Origin: Eledone cirrhosa
Taxonomy: Eukaryota
Assembly (NCBI GenBank): GCA_964016885.1
Contig: OZ024765.1
Span: 22,568,001 to 22,632,000, forward strand
Direction of reading: 5' to 3'
DNA length: 64,000 nt
Shown one piece after another: positions 41,330-57,555 of the stretch (the stretch's first letter is position 1; each line of letters opens with the position of its first letter). The notes under the pieces are model-generated. The model was not told the origin of the DNA and did not search any database. It worked only from the letters and a program-made list of their open reading frames with translations. The position numbers and the translations under genes were made by a program.

Positions 41330-42435
41330 CATCCTCCGTCATCTTTTCTGTGAGCCCCAGTAATTTTTGGACCAGCTCTCACCGCCTCTGCCCAGGTCTT
41401 CCTTGGTCTTCCTCTACTGTGGCTTCCTTCCACTGGGATTTCCTGGCACTTCTTCACCCAGCAATCATCATCCTTACACATCACATGTCGATACCACCGC
41501 AGTCTTCTCTCCTGCACGCCACCTCAGATTCCTCTTAAACCCAGTTTCTCCATCAGTTCATCCAAGCTCTGCCTTTCTCTCACACATTGTACACCCAACA
41601 AAACATGGTTACTTCATTTCTCTCCAGCCTTCAGCTCTCACCACCTCTGCCCAGGTCTTCCTTGGTCTTCCTCTACTGTGGCTTCCTTCCACTGACATTT
41701 CCAGGCACTTCTTCATCCAGCAATCATCATCCATACACATCACATCTCCATACCAACAGTCTTCTCTCCTGCACACCACCTCAGTACATCCAAGCTCTGC
41801 CTTTCTCTCACACATTGTACATCCAACAAATCATGGTTACTTCATTTCTCTCCAGCCTTCAGCTCTCACCACCTCTGCCCAGGTCTTCCTTGGTCTACCT
41901 CTACTGAGATTTCCTGGCACTTCTTCACCCAGCAATCATCATCCATACACATCACATCTCCATACCAACAGTCTTCTCTCCTGCACACTACCTCAGTACA
42001 TCCAAGCTCTGCCTTTCTCTCACACATTGTACACCCAACAAAACATGGTTACTTCATTTCTCTCCAGCCTTCAGCTCTCACCACCTCTGCCCAGGTCTTC
42101 CTTGGTCTTCCTCTACTGTGGCTTCCTTCCACTCAGATTTCCTGGCACTTCTTCATCCAGCAATCATCATCCATACACATCACATCTCCATACCAACAGT
42201 CTTCTCTCCTGCACACCACCTCAGTACATCCAAGCTCTGCCTTTCTCTCACACATTGTACACCCAACAAAACATGGTTACTTCATTTCTCTCCAGCCTTC
42301 AGCTCTCACCACCTCTGCCCAGGTCTTCCTCTACTGTGGCTTCCTTCCACTGAGATTTCCTGGCACTTCTTCAACCAGAGATCATCGTCCATACATGTCG
42401 ATACCACCGCAGTCTTCTCTCCTGCACACCACCTC
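41330..42435 (-). mobile_element. Tandemly amplified fragment (about 220-240 bp, about 4.5 copies) of an RTE C-terminal coding region
   Basis: RRLRWYRHV...GRPRKTWAE recurs in each unit. Confidence 0.85.
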
Positions 42436-42496
42436 TCTACCAATATTAACAATATCAACAACAACAGCAACATTAACAACATTATCTATATATAAA

Positions 42497-42690
42497 TGGC
42501 GGTGGATTGGCAGTATCGGTAGAGGGTCAGACGCCATGCTTTCCAGCAGAGTTACGTCCTTTTACGATCTGAGTTCAAATCCCGCCGAGGTTGACTTTGC
42601 CTTTCATCCTTACGGGGTCGATAAAATAAAGTACCAGTAATGCACTGGGTAATTGCTGGCCTTGTGCCTAAAGTAGAAACAATTATCTAT
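42497..42690 (+). mobile_element. Family A tRNA-derived SINE
   Basis: Near-identical to 6320-6512. Confidence 0.88.
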
Positions 42691-42739
42691 TTATAAAAGA
42701 CACAGTATATATATTTTAAGAAAGCTGACGACCCTTTGA

Positions 42740-42796
<57 letters not shown>

Positions 42797-42805
42797 ATAT
42801 ATATA

Positions 42806-43391
42806 TGCGCATGAAAGTCGATAGCTGTATAACAAAGTGCAGGGCAATAAAGATAGACGGTAGTCACGGAATAGGCAGACCTAGAAAAACCTGGGACGAG
42901 CTGATAAACTCCGACATCACACACTTACACCTCTCCAAGACAATGTCACTGGACCGAGACCTTTGGCGGTACTCAGTAACAGAGAAGACCCGCCTTACCT
43001 AAATATATAGTAAAACCTACTCCAGCCAGTAGGCATCTCTAACAAATACACCCCGTCCCACCACCCCCACCCGATCCACACCACCCCGTTCTATGTAAAG
43101 TTATGTTGGTGCCGCGCCATCGAGGCCGAAACAAATGAGATCGTGTAGGTGTCACGACAAAAAAACACACAGTCCACGCTGTAATGTGGCCGTGTAGGCA
43201 ACACGGTAAAAACCTCCCAGACCCACACTGTAAATGTGGTTGGTGTTAGGAAGGGCATCCAACTGTAGAAAACCTGCCAGACAGTCCTATGCGAGCAAGA
43301 CAATCACTCTTGCCTCAAGTGGGACTACCCCCGTCCAAACCCATGCAAGCGTGGAACACGGACGTTAAACGCTGATGATGATGATGATGAT
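42806..43391 (+). mobile_element. RTE 3' fragment in (TA)n
   Basis: Near-identical to 17502-18056. Confidence 0.92.
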
Positions 43392-43428
43392 ATATATATA
43401 TATATAGACAATATATATATATATATAG

Positions 43429-43469
<41 letters not shown>

Positions 43470-43513
43470 TGTCTATATATATATATATATATTGTCTATA
43501 TATATATATATAT

Positions 43514-43612
<99 letters not shown>

Positions 43613-43677
43613 ATATATATATATATATATATATAGACAATATATATATATATATAGACAATATATATATATAGACA

Positions 43678-43709
<32 letters not shown>

Positions 43710-43989
43710 TTATATATATATATATATATTGTCTATATTGTCTATATATATATTTATATATATATTTATATATATTTATATATATATATTGTCTATATTG
43801 TCTATATATATATTTATATATATATTTATATATATATATATATATATAGACAATATATATATATATATATTTATATATATAAAAGACAGTCTATATATAT
43901 ATAACACAATGTCTATATATAAGAGAACAGTATATATATATATCACGGAATATATATATGTATATATATATATATATAGATAGATATAT

Positions 43990-44223
43990 ATAAGACACAA
44001 TGCAGTATGGATATATAAAAGACACAATATATATATATATATATGACACAATGTGTATATATAAAAGACCCAGTATGGATATATAAAAGACACAATATAT
44101 ATATATAAGACACAACGTGTATATATAAAAGACCCAGTATATATATATAAAAGACACAATATATATATATATATATGACACAATGTGTATATATATAAGA
44201 CCCAGTATGGATATATAAAAGAC

Positions 44224-44269
<46 letters not shown>

Positions 44270-44791
44270 ACACAATGTGTATATATAAAAGACCCAGTAT
44301 ATATATATATAAGACACAGTATATATATATATATATAAGACACAATGTGTATATATAAAAGACCCAGTATGGATATATAAAAGACAAAATATATATATAT
44401 ATATAAGACACAATGTGTATATATAAAAGATCGAGTATGTATATATAAAAGACACAATATATATATATATATATATAAGACACAATGTGTATATATAAAA
44501 GACCCAGTATGGATATATAAAAGACACAATATATATATATATATATAAGACACAATGTGTATATATAAAAGACCTAGTATTGATATATAAAAGACTCAGT
44601 ATATATATATATATATATATATAAAATATTAAACAAATAATGAATAAACAATGAAACAGTTCCTTATATTAAACAAAAAAAGTTCACTATTTAACGATCG
44701 TTTCTAGGATATATATGTGTTAGAATTGGCATGCATATTCAACAGATCTATGTACAAAATTATACAAAATTATACAAACTATCAAGATTAA

Positions 44792-44824
<33 letters not shown>

Positions 44825-44909
44825 AGACACAATGTGTATATATAAAAGACCCAGTATGGATATATAAAAGACACAGTATATATATATATATAAGACACAA
44901 TGTGTATAT
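43990..44909. repeat. TA-rich minisatellite (about 65-75-bp variable unit, GACACAATGTGTATATATAAAAGACCCAGTATGG), interrupted at 44620-44790
   Basis: Direct inspection. Confidence 0.9.
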
Positions 44910-45109
44910 NNNNNNNNNNNNNNNNNNNNNNNNNNNNNNNNNNNNNNNNNNNNNNNNNNNNNNNNNNNNNNNNNNNNNNNNNNNNNNNNNNNNNNNNNNN
45001 NNNNNNNNNNNNNNNNNNNNNNNNNNNNNNNNNNNNNNNNNNNNNNNNNNNNNNNNNNNNNNNNNNNNNNNNNNNNNNNNNNNNNNNNNNNNNNNNNNNN
45101 NNNNNNNNN
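44910..45109. other. Assembly gap (200 N)
   Basis: N run. Confidence 1.
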
Positions 45110-48100
45110 TGTTGTAGTGTCATATGCTGTAGTGTCATATATGTTGAAGTGTCATATGTAGTAGTGTCATATGCTGAGTGTCATATGCTGTAGTGTCACT
45201 ATGCTGTAGGTGTCATATGTTTGTAGTGTCATATGCTGTAGTGTCATATGCTGTAGTGTCATATGTTGTAGTAGTCATATGCTGTAGTGTCATATGCTAG
45301 TAAGTGTCATAGCTGTAGTGTCATATATGCTGTAGTGTCATATGCTGTAGGTCATATGTTGTAGTGTCATATGCTGTAGTGTCATATGTTGTAGTGTCAT
45401 ATGCTGTAGTGTCATATGTTGTAGTGTCATATGCTGTAGTGTCATATATGCTAGTAGTGTCATATGCTGTCAGTGTCATATGCTGTAGTGTCATATGCTG
45501 TAGTGTTCATATGCTGTAGAGTCATATGCTGTAGTGTCATATGCTGTAGTGTCATATGCTGTAGTGTCATATGCTGTAGTGGTCATATGCTGTAGTGTCA
45601 TATGCTGTAGTGTCATATGCTGTAGTGTCATATGCTGTAGTGTCATATGCTGTAGTGTCATATGCTTGTAGTGTCATATGCTGTAGTGTCATATGCTGTA
45701 GTGTCATATGCTGTAGTGTCATATGCTGTAGTGTCATATGCTGTAGTGTCAATATGCTGTAGTGTCATATGTTGTAGTGTCATATGCTGTAGTGTCATAT
45801 GCTGTAGTGTCATATGCTGTAGTGTCATATATGCTGTAGTGTCATATGCTGTAGTGTCATATGCTGTAGTGTCATATGCTTGTAGTGTCATATGCTGTAG
45901 TGTCATATGCTGTAGTGTCATATGCTGTAGTGTCATATATGCTGTAGTGTCATATGCTGTAGTGTCATATGCTGTAGTGTCATATGCTGTAGTGTCATAT
46001 GCTGTAGTGTCATATGCTGTAGTGTCATATGCTGTAGTGTCATATGCTGTAGTGTCATATGCTGTAGTGTCATATGCTGTAGTGTCATATATGCTGTAGT
46101 GTCATATGCTGTAGTGTCATATGCTGTAGTGTCATATGCTGTAGTGTCATATGCTGTAGTGTCATATGCTGTAGTGTCATATGCTGTAGTGTCATATGCT
46201 GTAGTGTCATATGCTGGTAGTGTCATATGCTGTAGTGTCATATGCTGTAGTGTCATATGTTAGTGTCATATGCTGTAGTGTCATATGCTTAGTGTCATAT
46301 GCTGTAGTGTCATATGCTGTAGTGTCATATGCTGTAGTGTCATATGCTGTAGTGTCATATGCTGTAGTGTCATATGCTGTAGTGTCATATGCTGTAGTGT
46401 CATAATGCTGTAGTGTCATATGCTGTAGTGTCATATGCTGTAGTGTCATATGCTGTAGTGTCATATGCTGTAGTGTCATATGCTGTAGTGTCATATATGC
46501 TGTAGTGTCATATGCTGTAGTGTCATATGCTGTAAGTGTCATATATGCTGTAGTGTCATATGCTGTAGTGTCATATGCTGTAGTGTCATATGCTGTAGTG
46601 TCATATGCTGTAGTGTCATTGCTGAGTCATATGCTGTAGTGTCATATGCTGTAGTGTCATATGCTGTAGTGTCATATGCTGTAGTGTCATATGCTGTAGT
46701 GTCATATGCTGTAGTGTCATATGCTGTAGTGTCATATGCTGTAGTGTCATATGCTGTAGTGTCATATGCTGTAGTGTCATATGCTGTAGTGTCATATGCT
46801 GTAGTGTCATATGCTGTAGTGTCATATATGCTGTAGTGTCATATGCTTGTAGTGTCATATGCTGTAGTGTCATATGCTGTAGTGTCATATGCTGTAGTGT
46901 CATATGCTGTAGTGTCATATGCTGTAGTGTCATATATGCTGTAGTGTCATATGCTGTAGTGTCATATGCTGTAGTGTCATATGCTGTAGTGTCATATGCT
47001 GTAGTGTCATATGCTGTAGTGTCATATGCTGTAGTGTCATATGCTGTAGTGTCATATGCTGTAGTGTCATATGCTGTAGTGTCATATGCTGTAGTGTCAT
47101 ATGCTGTAGTGTCATATGCTGTAGTGTCATATGCTGTAGTGTCATATGCTGTAGTGTCATATGCTGTAGTGTCATATGCTGTAGTGTCATATGCTGTAGT
47201 GTCATATATGCTGTAGTGTCATATGCTGTAGTGTCATATGCTGTAGTGTCATATGCTGTAGTGTCATATGCTGTAGTGTCATATGCTGTAGTGTCATATG
47301 CTGTAGTGTCATATGCTGTAGTGTCATATGCTGTAGTGTCATATGCTTGTAGTGTCATATGCTGTAGTGTCATATGCTGTAGTGTCATATATGTAGTGTC
47401 ATATGCTGTAGTGTCATATGCTTGTAGTGTCATATGCTGTAGTGTCATATGCTGTAGTGTCATATGCTGTAGTGTCATATTGCTGTAGTGTCATATGCTG
47501 TAGTGTCATATGCTGTAGTGTCATATGCTGTAGTGTCATATGCTGTAGTGTCATATTGCTGTAGTGTCATATGCTGTAGTGTCATATTGCTGTAGTGTCA
47601 TATGCTGTAGTGTCATATGCTGTAGTGTCTATGCTTGTAGTGTCATATGCTGTAGTGTCATATGCTGTAGTGTCATATGCTGTAGTGTCATATGTTGTAG
47701 TGTCATATGCTGTAGTGTCATATGCTGTAGTGTCATATGCTGTAGTGTCATATGCTGTAGTGTCATATGCCTGTAGTGTCATATGCTGTAGTGTCATATA
47801 TGCTGTAGTGTCATATGCTGTAGTGTCATATGCTGTAGTGTCATATGCTGTAGTGTCATATGCTGTAGTGTAATATGCTGTAGTGTCATATGCTGTAGTG
47901 TCATATGCTGTAGTGTCATATGCTGTAGTGTCATATGCTGTAGTGTCATATGCTGTAGTGTCATATGCTGTAGTGTCATATGCTGTAGTGTCATATGCTG
48001 TAGTGTCATATGCTGTAGTGTCATATGCTGTAGTGTCATATGCTGTAGTGTCATATGCTGTAGTGTCATATGCTGTAGTGTCATATATGCTGTAGTGTCA

Positions 48101-51100
48101 TATGCTGTAGTGTCATATGCTGTAGTGTCATATGCTGTAGTGTCATATGCTGTAGTGTCATATGCTGTAGTGTCATATGCTGTAGTGTCATATGCTGTAG
48201 TGTCATATGCTGTAGTGTCATATGCTGTAGTGTCATATGCTGTAGTGTCATATGCTGTAGTGTCATATGCTGTAGTGTCATATGCTGTAGTGTCATATGC
48301 TGTAGTGTCATATGCTGTAGTGTCATATGCTGTAGTGTCATATGCTGTAGTGTCATATGCTGTAGTGTCATATGCTGTAGTGTCATATATGCTGTAGTGT
48401 CATATGCTGTAGTGTCATATGCTGTAGTGTCATATGCTGTAGTGTCATATGCTGTAGTGTCAATATGCTGTAGTGTCATATGCTGTAGTGTCATATGCTG
48501 TAGTGTCATATTGCTGTAGTGTCATATGCTGTAGTGTCATATGCTGTAGTGTCATATGCTGTAGTGTCATATGCTGTAGTGTCATATGCTGTAGTGTCAT
48601 ATGCTGTAGTGTCATATATGCTGTAGTGTCATATGCTGTAGTGTCATATGCTGTAGTGTCATATGCTGTAGTGTCATATGCTGTAGTGTCATATGCTGTA
48701 GTGTCATATGCTGTAGTGTCATATGCTGTAGTGTCATATGCTGTAGTGTCATATGCTGTAGTGTCATATGCTGTAGTGTCATATATGCTGTAGTGTCATA
48801 TGCTGTAGTGTCATATGCTTGTAGTGTCATATGCTGTAGTGTCATATGCTGTAGTGTCATATGCTTGTAGTGTCATATGCTGTAGTGTCATATGCTGTAG
48901 TGTCATATGCTGTAGTGTCATATGCTGTAGTGTCATATATGCCTGTAGTGTCATATGCTGTAGTGTCATATTGCTGTAGTGTCATATGTTGTAGTGTCAT
49001 ATGCTGTAGTGTCATATGCTGTAGTGTCATATATGCTGTAGTGTCATATGCTGTAGTGTCATATGCTTGTAGTGTCATATGTTGTAGTGTCATATGTCTG
49101 TAGTGTCATATGCTTGTAGTGTCATATGCTGTAGTGTCATATGCTGTAGTGTCATATGCTGTAGTGTCATATGCTGCAGTGTCATATATGCTGTAGTGTC
49201 ATATGCTGTAGTGTCATATGCTGTAGTGTCATATGTTGTAGTGTCATATGCTGTAGTGTCATATGCTGTAGTGTCATATGCTGTAGTGTCATATGCTGTA
49301 GTGTCATATGCTGTAGTGTCATATGCTGTAGTGTCATATGCTGTAGTGTCATATGCTTGTAGTGTCATATGCTGTAGTGTCATATGCTGTAGTGTCATAT
49401 GTTGTAGTGTCATATGCTGTAGTGTCATATGCTGTAGTGTCATATGCTGTAGTGTCATATGCTGTAGTGTCATATGTTGTAGTGTCATATGTTGTAGTGT
49501 CATATGCTGTAGTGTCATATGTTGTAGTGTCATATGTTGTAGTGTCATATGTCTGTAGTGTCATATGTTGTAGTGTCATATGCTGTAGTGTCATATGCTG
49601 TAGTGTCATATGCTGTAGTGTCATATGCTGTAGTGTCATATGTGCTGTAGTGTCATATGCTGTAGTGTCATAATGCTGTAGTGTCATATGTTGTAGTGTC
49701 ATATGCTGTAGTGTCATATGTTGTAGTGTCATATGTTGTAGTGTCATATGTTGTAGTGTCATATGCTGTAGTGTCATATGCTGTAGTGTCATATGCTGTA
49801 GTGTCATATGCTGTAAGTGTCATATATGCTGTAGTGTCATATGCTGTAGTGTCATATGCTGTAGTGTCATATGCTGTAGTGTCATATGCTGTAGTGTCAT
49901 ATGCTGTAGTGTCATATGCTGTAGTGTCATATGCTGTAGTGTCATATGCTGTAGTGTCATATGCTGTAGTGTCATATGCTTGTAGTGTCATATGTTGTAG
50001 TGTCATATGCTGTAGTGTCATATGCTGTAGTGTCATATGCTGTAGTGTCATATGCTGTAGTGTCATATGCTGTAGTGTCATATGCTGTAGTGTCATATGC
50101 TGTAGTGTCATATGGTTGTAGTGTCATATGCTTGTAGTGTCATATGTTGTAGTGTCATATGTTGTAGTGTCATATGCTGTAGTGTCATATGCTGTAGTGT
50201 CATATGCTGTAGTGTCATATGTTGTAGTGTCATATGCTGTAGTGTCATATGCTGTAGTGTCATATGCTGTAGTGTCATTATGCTGTAGTGTCATATGTTG
50301 TAGTGTCATATGCTGTAGTGTCATATGCTGTAGTGTCATATGCTGTAGTGTCATATGTTGTAGTGTCATATATGCTGTAGTGTCATATGCTGTAGTGTCA
50401 TATGTTGTAGTGTCATATGCTGTAGTGTCATATGCTGTAGTGTCATATGCTTGTAGTGTCATATGCTGTAGTGTCATATGCTGTAGTGTCATATGCTGTA
50501 GTGTCATATGCTGTAGTGTCATATGCTGTAGTGTCATATGCTGTAGTGTCATATGCTGTAGTGTCATATGCTGTAGTGTCATATGTTGTAGTGTCATATG
50601 CTGTAGTGTCATATGCTGTAGTGTCATATGCTGTAGTGTCATAATGCTGTAGTGTCATATGCTGTAGTGTCATATGCTGTAGTGTCATATGCTGTAGTGT
50701 CATATGCTTGTAGTGTCATATGCTGTAGTGTCATATGCTGTAGTGTCATATGCTGTTAGTGTCATATGCTGTAGTGTCATATGCTGTAGTGTCATATGCT
50801 GTAGTGTCATATGCTGTAGTGTCATATGCTGTAGTGTCATATGCTGTAGTGTCATATTGCTGTAGTGTCATATGCTGTAGTGTCATATGCTGTAGTGTCA
50901 TATGCTGTAGTGTCATATGCTGTAGTGTCATATGCTGTAGTGTCATATGCTGTAGTGTCATATGCTGTAGTGTCATATGCTGTAGTGTCATATGCTGTAG
51001 TGTCATATGCTGTAGTGTCATATGCTGTAGTGTCATATGCTGTAGTGTCATATGCTGTAGTGTCATATGCTGTAGTGTCATATGCTGTAGTGTCATATGC

Positions 51101-53081
51101 TGTAGTGTCATATGCTGTAGTGTCATATGCTGTAGTGTCATATGCTGTAGTGTCATATGCTGTAGTGTCATATGCTGTAGTGTCATATGCTGTAGTGTCA
51201 TATGCTGTAGTGTCATATGCTGTAGGTCATATGCTGTAGTGTCATATGCTGTAGTGTCATATGCTGTAGTGTCATATGCTGTAGTGTCATATGCTGTAGT
51301 GTCATATGCTGTAGTGTCATATGCTGTAGTGTCATATGTTGTAGTGTCATATGCTGTAGTGTCATATTGCTGTAGTGTCATATATGCTGTAGTGTCATAT
51401 GCTGTAGTGTCATATGCTGTAGTGTCATATGCTGTAGTGTCATATGCTGTAGTGTCATATGCTGTAGTGTCATATGCTGTAGTGTCATATATGCTGTAGT
51501 GTCATATGTTGTAGTGTCATATGCTGTAGTGTCATATGCTGTAGTGTCATATGCTGTAGTGTCATATGCTGTAGTGTCATATGCTGTAGTGTCATATGCT
51601 GTAGTGTCATATATGCTGTAGTGTCATATGCTGTAGTGTCATATGCTGTAGTGTCATATGCTGTAGTGTCATATGCTGTAGTGTCATATGCTGTAGTGTC
51701 ATATATGCTGTAGTGTCATATGCTGTAGTGTCATATGCTGTAGTGTCATATGTCTGTAGTGTCATATGCTGTAGTGTCATATGCTGTAGTGTCATATGCT
51801 TGTAGTGTCATATGCTGTAGTGTCATATATGCTGTAGTGTCATATGCTGTAGTGTCATATGCTGTAGTGTCATATGCTGTAGTGTCATATTGCTTGTAGT
51901 GTCATATGCTGTAGTGTCATATGCTTGTAGTGTCATATGCTGTAGTGTCATATGCTGTAGTGTCATATGCTGTAGTGTCATATGCTGTAGTGTCATATGT
52001 TGTAGTGTCATATGCTTGTAGTGTCATATGTTGTAGTGTCATATGCTGTAGTGTCATATGCTGTAGTGTCATATGCTGTAGTGTCATATGCTGTAGTGTC
52101 ATATGTCTGTAGTGTCATATGTTGTAGTGTCATATGTTGTAGTGTCATATGCTGTAGTGTCATATGCTGTAGTGTCATATGCTGTAGTGTCATATGCTGT
52201 AGTGTCATATGTTGTAGTGTCATATGTTGTAGTGTCATATGTTGTAGTGTCATATGCTGTAGTGTCATATTGCTGTAGTGTCATATGCTGTAGTGTCATA
52301 TGCTGTAGTGTCATATGCTGTAGTGTCATATGCTGCAGTGTCATATGCTGTAGTGTCATATATGCTGTAGTGTCATATGCTGTAGTGTCATATGTTGTAG
52401 TGTCATATATGCTGTAGTGTCATATGTTGTAGTGTCATATATGCTGTAGTGTCATATGCTGTAGTGTCATATGCTGTAGTGTCATATATGCTGTAGTGTC
52501 ATATATGCTGTAGTGTCATATGCTGTAGTGTCATATGTTGTAGTGTCATATATGCTGTAGTGTCATATGTTGTAGTGTCATATGCTGTAGTTGTCATATG
52601 CTGTAGTGTCATATGCTGTAGTGTCATATGTTGTAGTGTCATATGTTGTAGTGTCATATGTTGTAGTGTCATATGCTGTAGTGTCATATGCTGTAGTGTC
52701 ATATGTTGTAGTGTCATATGTTGTAGTGTCATATGTTGTAGTGTCATATGTGTAGTGTCATATGTGTAGTGTCATATGTTGTAGTGTCATATGCTGTAGT
52801 GTCATATGTTGTAGTGTCATATGCTGTAGTGTCATATGCTTGTAGTGTCATATGCTGTAGTGTCATATGCTGTAGTGTCATATGCTGTAGTGTCATATGC
52901 TGTAGTGTCATATGCTGTAGTGTCATATGCTGTAGTGTCATATGCTGTAGTGTCATATGCTGTAGTGTCATATATGCTGTAGTGTCATATGCTGTAGTGT
53001 CATATATGCTGTAGTGTCATATGCTGTAGTGGTCATATGCTGTAGTGTCATATGCTGTAGTGTCATATGCTGCAGTGTCAT
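45110..53081. repeat. 15-bp satellite (CATATGCTGTAGTGT)n, about 530 copies
   Basis: Direct inspection; scattered 1-2 bp indels. Confidence 0.99.
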
Positions 53082-53947
53082 ACATCTAATTCCTTGTCCT
53101 ATCACCAGCCTTTTGATCTTTGGTCTTCTGTTCCATTTTGCCAATATTTTCCAGTTATTTTTCTTTGTTTTGGGAGTCTTTATTGTTGCAGCTCTTCACA
53201 TTCCCCCTTTGTAGCTGCTTGGTCACAGCTTTATGAGACTTTCTTCCAAATTAATGTCTATTCCTCAGCACCATTTTTTTGCTTGCAGCTTCTAAATCAT
53301 TATAATTTATCTGAAAATTAATTATTTTTCTGTTAATGATGAATGTAAATTGAATCAAATTTTGTTGACTAAGGACCCACATTATTAATTGTTGCTTATG
53401 TGACGGAGGGGGGGGGGGTGATAGGGTTAGCAATATCTTGTCGATCTTATCAATATTCCAGGGCTGCAGCATGGACGCTTCTAACTTGACCCCCTGTCAA
53501 GAAAAGTTTAGTGAAAGAGGACAGCAATATATTCATGTCTGGCAGAACCAGATCTAGTCAAGCTCTGTAACCGACACTCTTGTGGACATGATAAGAAAAC
53601 TGTGTTAACTTTCAGTGATTTTAAGAAACAACAACCAAAACATAAAATTTTGTTGATTAAGGACTCATTGTATCAACTTTCAGCTATCTTTTGGAAACAA
53701 CAACAAAAGAACTAACAGAAATGAATATGCAAAACAATATTACAAAAGGTTTCACAAAAGAGACTTTTAGTAGTGTTGCCATAAATCAAAACACATGTCA
53801 TTCACTTTCTTTGCTTTCTTTATCTCTTTTCTTTCTCTCTTCACTCATTCATTGTTAACTTACTTACTTAATTCCATCTTTTGCTTTCGGAGCTTTATAC
53901 AAAAATGTGGTATATCTTCACACATACAGAAACAATATGACAAAGAT

Positions 53948-56402
53948 TATATGTACATATATATATAAACACAAGCTAAATATGAAGTATATATAAACAT
54001 ATATAACATATATATAAACATATATATAACATATATATAAACATGTATATGTACATATATATATAAACACAAGCTAAATATGAAGTATATATAAACATAT
54101 ATGAACATTATATATAAACATATATATAACATATATATAAACATGTATATGTACATATATATAAACACAAGCTAAATATGAAGTATATATAAACATTTAT
54201 GAACATATATATAAACATATATATAACATATATATAAACATGTATATGTACATATATATAAACACAAGCGAAATATGAAGTATATGTAAACATATATGAA
54301 CATATATATAAACATATATATAACATATATATAAACATGTATATGTACATATATATAAACACAAGCTAAATATGAAGTATATATATAAACATTTATGAAC
54401 ATATATATAAACATATATATAACATATATATAAACATGTATATGTACATATATATAAACACAAGCGAAATATGAAGTATATATAAACATATATGAACATA
54501 TATATAAACATATATATAACATATATATAAACATGTATATGTACATATATATAAACACAAGCTAAATATGAAGTATATATAAACATATATGAACATATAT
54601 ATAAACATATATATAACATATATATAAACATGTATATGTACATATATATAAACACAAGCTAAATATGAAGTATATATAAACATATATGAACATATATATA
54701 AACATATATATAACATATATATAAACATGTATATGAACATATATATAAACACAAGCTAAATATGAAGTATATATAAACATATATAAACATATATATAAAC
54801 ATATATATAACATATATATAAACATGTATATGTACATATATATAAACACAAGCTAAATATGAAGTATATATAAACATATATGAACATATATATAAACATA
54901 TATATAACATATATATAAACATGTATATGAACATATATATAAACACAAGCTAAGTATGAAGTATATATAAACATATATGAACATATATATAAACATATAT
55001 ATAACATATATATAAACATGTATATGTACATATATATAAACACAAGCTAAATATGAAGTATATATAAACATATATGAACATATATATAAACATATATATA
55101 ACATATATATAAACATGTATATGAACATATATATAAACACAAGCTAAATATGAAGTATATATAAACATATATGAACATATATATAAACATATATATAACA
55201 TATATATAAACATGTATATGAACATATATATAAACACAAGCTAAATATGAAGTATATATAAACATATATGAACATATATATAAACATATATATAACATAT
55301 ATATAAACATGTATATGTACATATATATAAACACAAGCTAAATATGAAGTATATATAAACATATATGAACATATATATAAACATATATATAACAATATAT
55401 ATAAACATGTATATGAACATATATATAAACACAAGCTAAATATGAAGTATATATAAACATATATGAACATATAATATAAACATATATATAACATATATAT
55501 ATACAAGTATATGAACATATATATAAACACAAGCTAAATATGAAGTATATATAAACATATATGAACATATATATAAACATATATATAACATATATATAAA
55601 CATGTATATGTACATATATATAAACACAAGCTAAATATGAAGTATATATAAACATATATGAACATATATATAAACATATATATAACATATATATAAACAT
55701 GTATATGTACATATATATAAACACAAGCTAAATATGAAGTATATATAAACATATATGAACATATATATAAACATATATATAACATATATATAAACATGTA
55801 TATGAACATATATATAAACACAAGCTAAATATGAAGTATATATAAACATATATGAACATATATATAAACATATATATAAACATATATATAACATATATAT
55901 AAACATGTATATGAACATATATATAAACACAAGCTAAATATGAAGTATATATAAACATATATGAACATATATATAAACATATATATAACATATATATAAA
56001 CATGTATATGAACATATATATAAACACAAGCTAAATATGAAGTATATATAAACATATATGAACATATATATAAACATATCCAGGCCGAAACAAATGAGAT
56101 CGTGTAGGTGTCACGACAAAAAAACACACAGTCCACGCTGTAATGTGGCCGTGTAGGCAACACGGTAAAAACCTCCCAGACCCACACTGTAAATGTGGTT
56201 GGTGTTAGGAAGGGCATCCAACTGTAGAAAACCTGCCAGACAGTCCTATGCGAGCAAGACAACCACTCTTGCCTCAAGTGGGACTACCCCCGTCCAAACC
56301 CATGCAAGCGTGGAACACGGACGTTAAACGTTGATGATGATGATAACATATATATAAACATGTATATGAACATATATATAAACACAAGCTAAATATGAAG
56401 TA
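53948..56402. repeat. 97-bp AT-rich satellite, about 22 copies
   Basis: AAACACAAGCTAAATATGAAG recurs every 97 bp. Confidence 0.97.
56079..56344 (+). mobile_element. RTE 3'UTR fragment inserted in the 97-bp satellite
   Basis: Matches 17780-18050; the satellite resumes after the (GAT)n tail. Confidence 0.92.
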
Positions 56403-56779
56403 GATATGACTACACAGAAGAGATATGAAGTTTATATGATAGAGGAGAGGACAGCTAATATGTTGATTGAATGCAGGAGAGAGGGAGAGACTTTTCAAAG
56501 CCTATCCCTCACTTTATTCACTTTCTTTATTTCTGTTTCTTACCAAATCTCAAAACAGAACAATCCATGAAACCCATTGTTACAAGTAAAATAGATGGGA
56601 AAATAGGTGATGATCATGATAGTTATAATGGTGTTTATGATGATGATGATGGTGATGATAAGTGCCAGAAAGCCAATATGAACAAATACCGTTCATATTA
56701 AATATATATATTGAATATATACACATATAAATATGTTACAGTATGTGTTGATTATTCTTCCAAATGTCTCTTTGTATTA

Positions 56780-56871
<92 letters not shown>

Positions 56872-56961
56872 CACACATTTGTATAGATGTGTATGTATTT
56901 ATATATATATATATAGATAGATATGCATATATATATATGTATATATGCATATCAATATATC

Positions 56962-56995
<34 letters not shown>

Positions 56996-57009
56996 AATAT
57001 ATCTATCTC

Positions 57010-57090
<81 letters not shown>

Positions 57091-57093
57091 ATG

Positions 57094-57154
<61 letters not shown>

Positions 57155-57254
57155 GCATAAATATATATATATATTATATATATATATGTGTATGTGTGTA
57201 TATATATGTGTATATATATATATGTGTATGTGTGTATATATATGTGTATATATA

Positions 57255-57313
<59 letters not shown>

Positions 57314-57389
57314 ATATAGATATATGTGTGTATATATATATATATATTATATGTATATTATATGTATATTATATATATATGTATATATA

Positions 57390-57448
<59 letters not shown>

Positions 57449-57473
57449 ATATATGTATATATGTATATTCACA

Positions 57474-57555
<82 letters not shown>

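Noticed and set aside
45110-53081. MTLQH / YDTTA / SYAVV repeat proteins
   Set aside because: Translations of the 15-bp satellite with frequent frame-breaking indels, which may partly be long-read errors.
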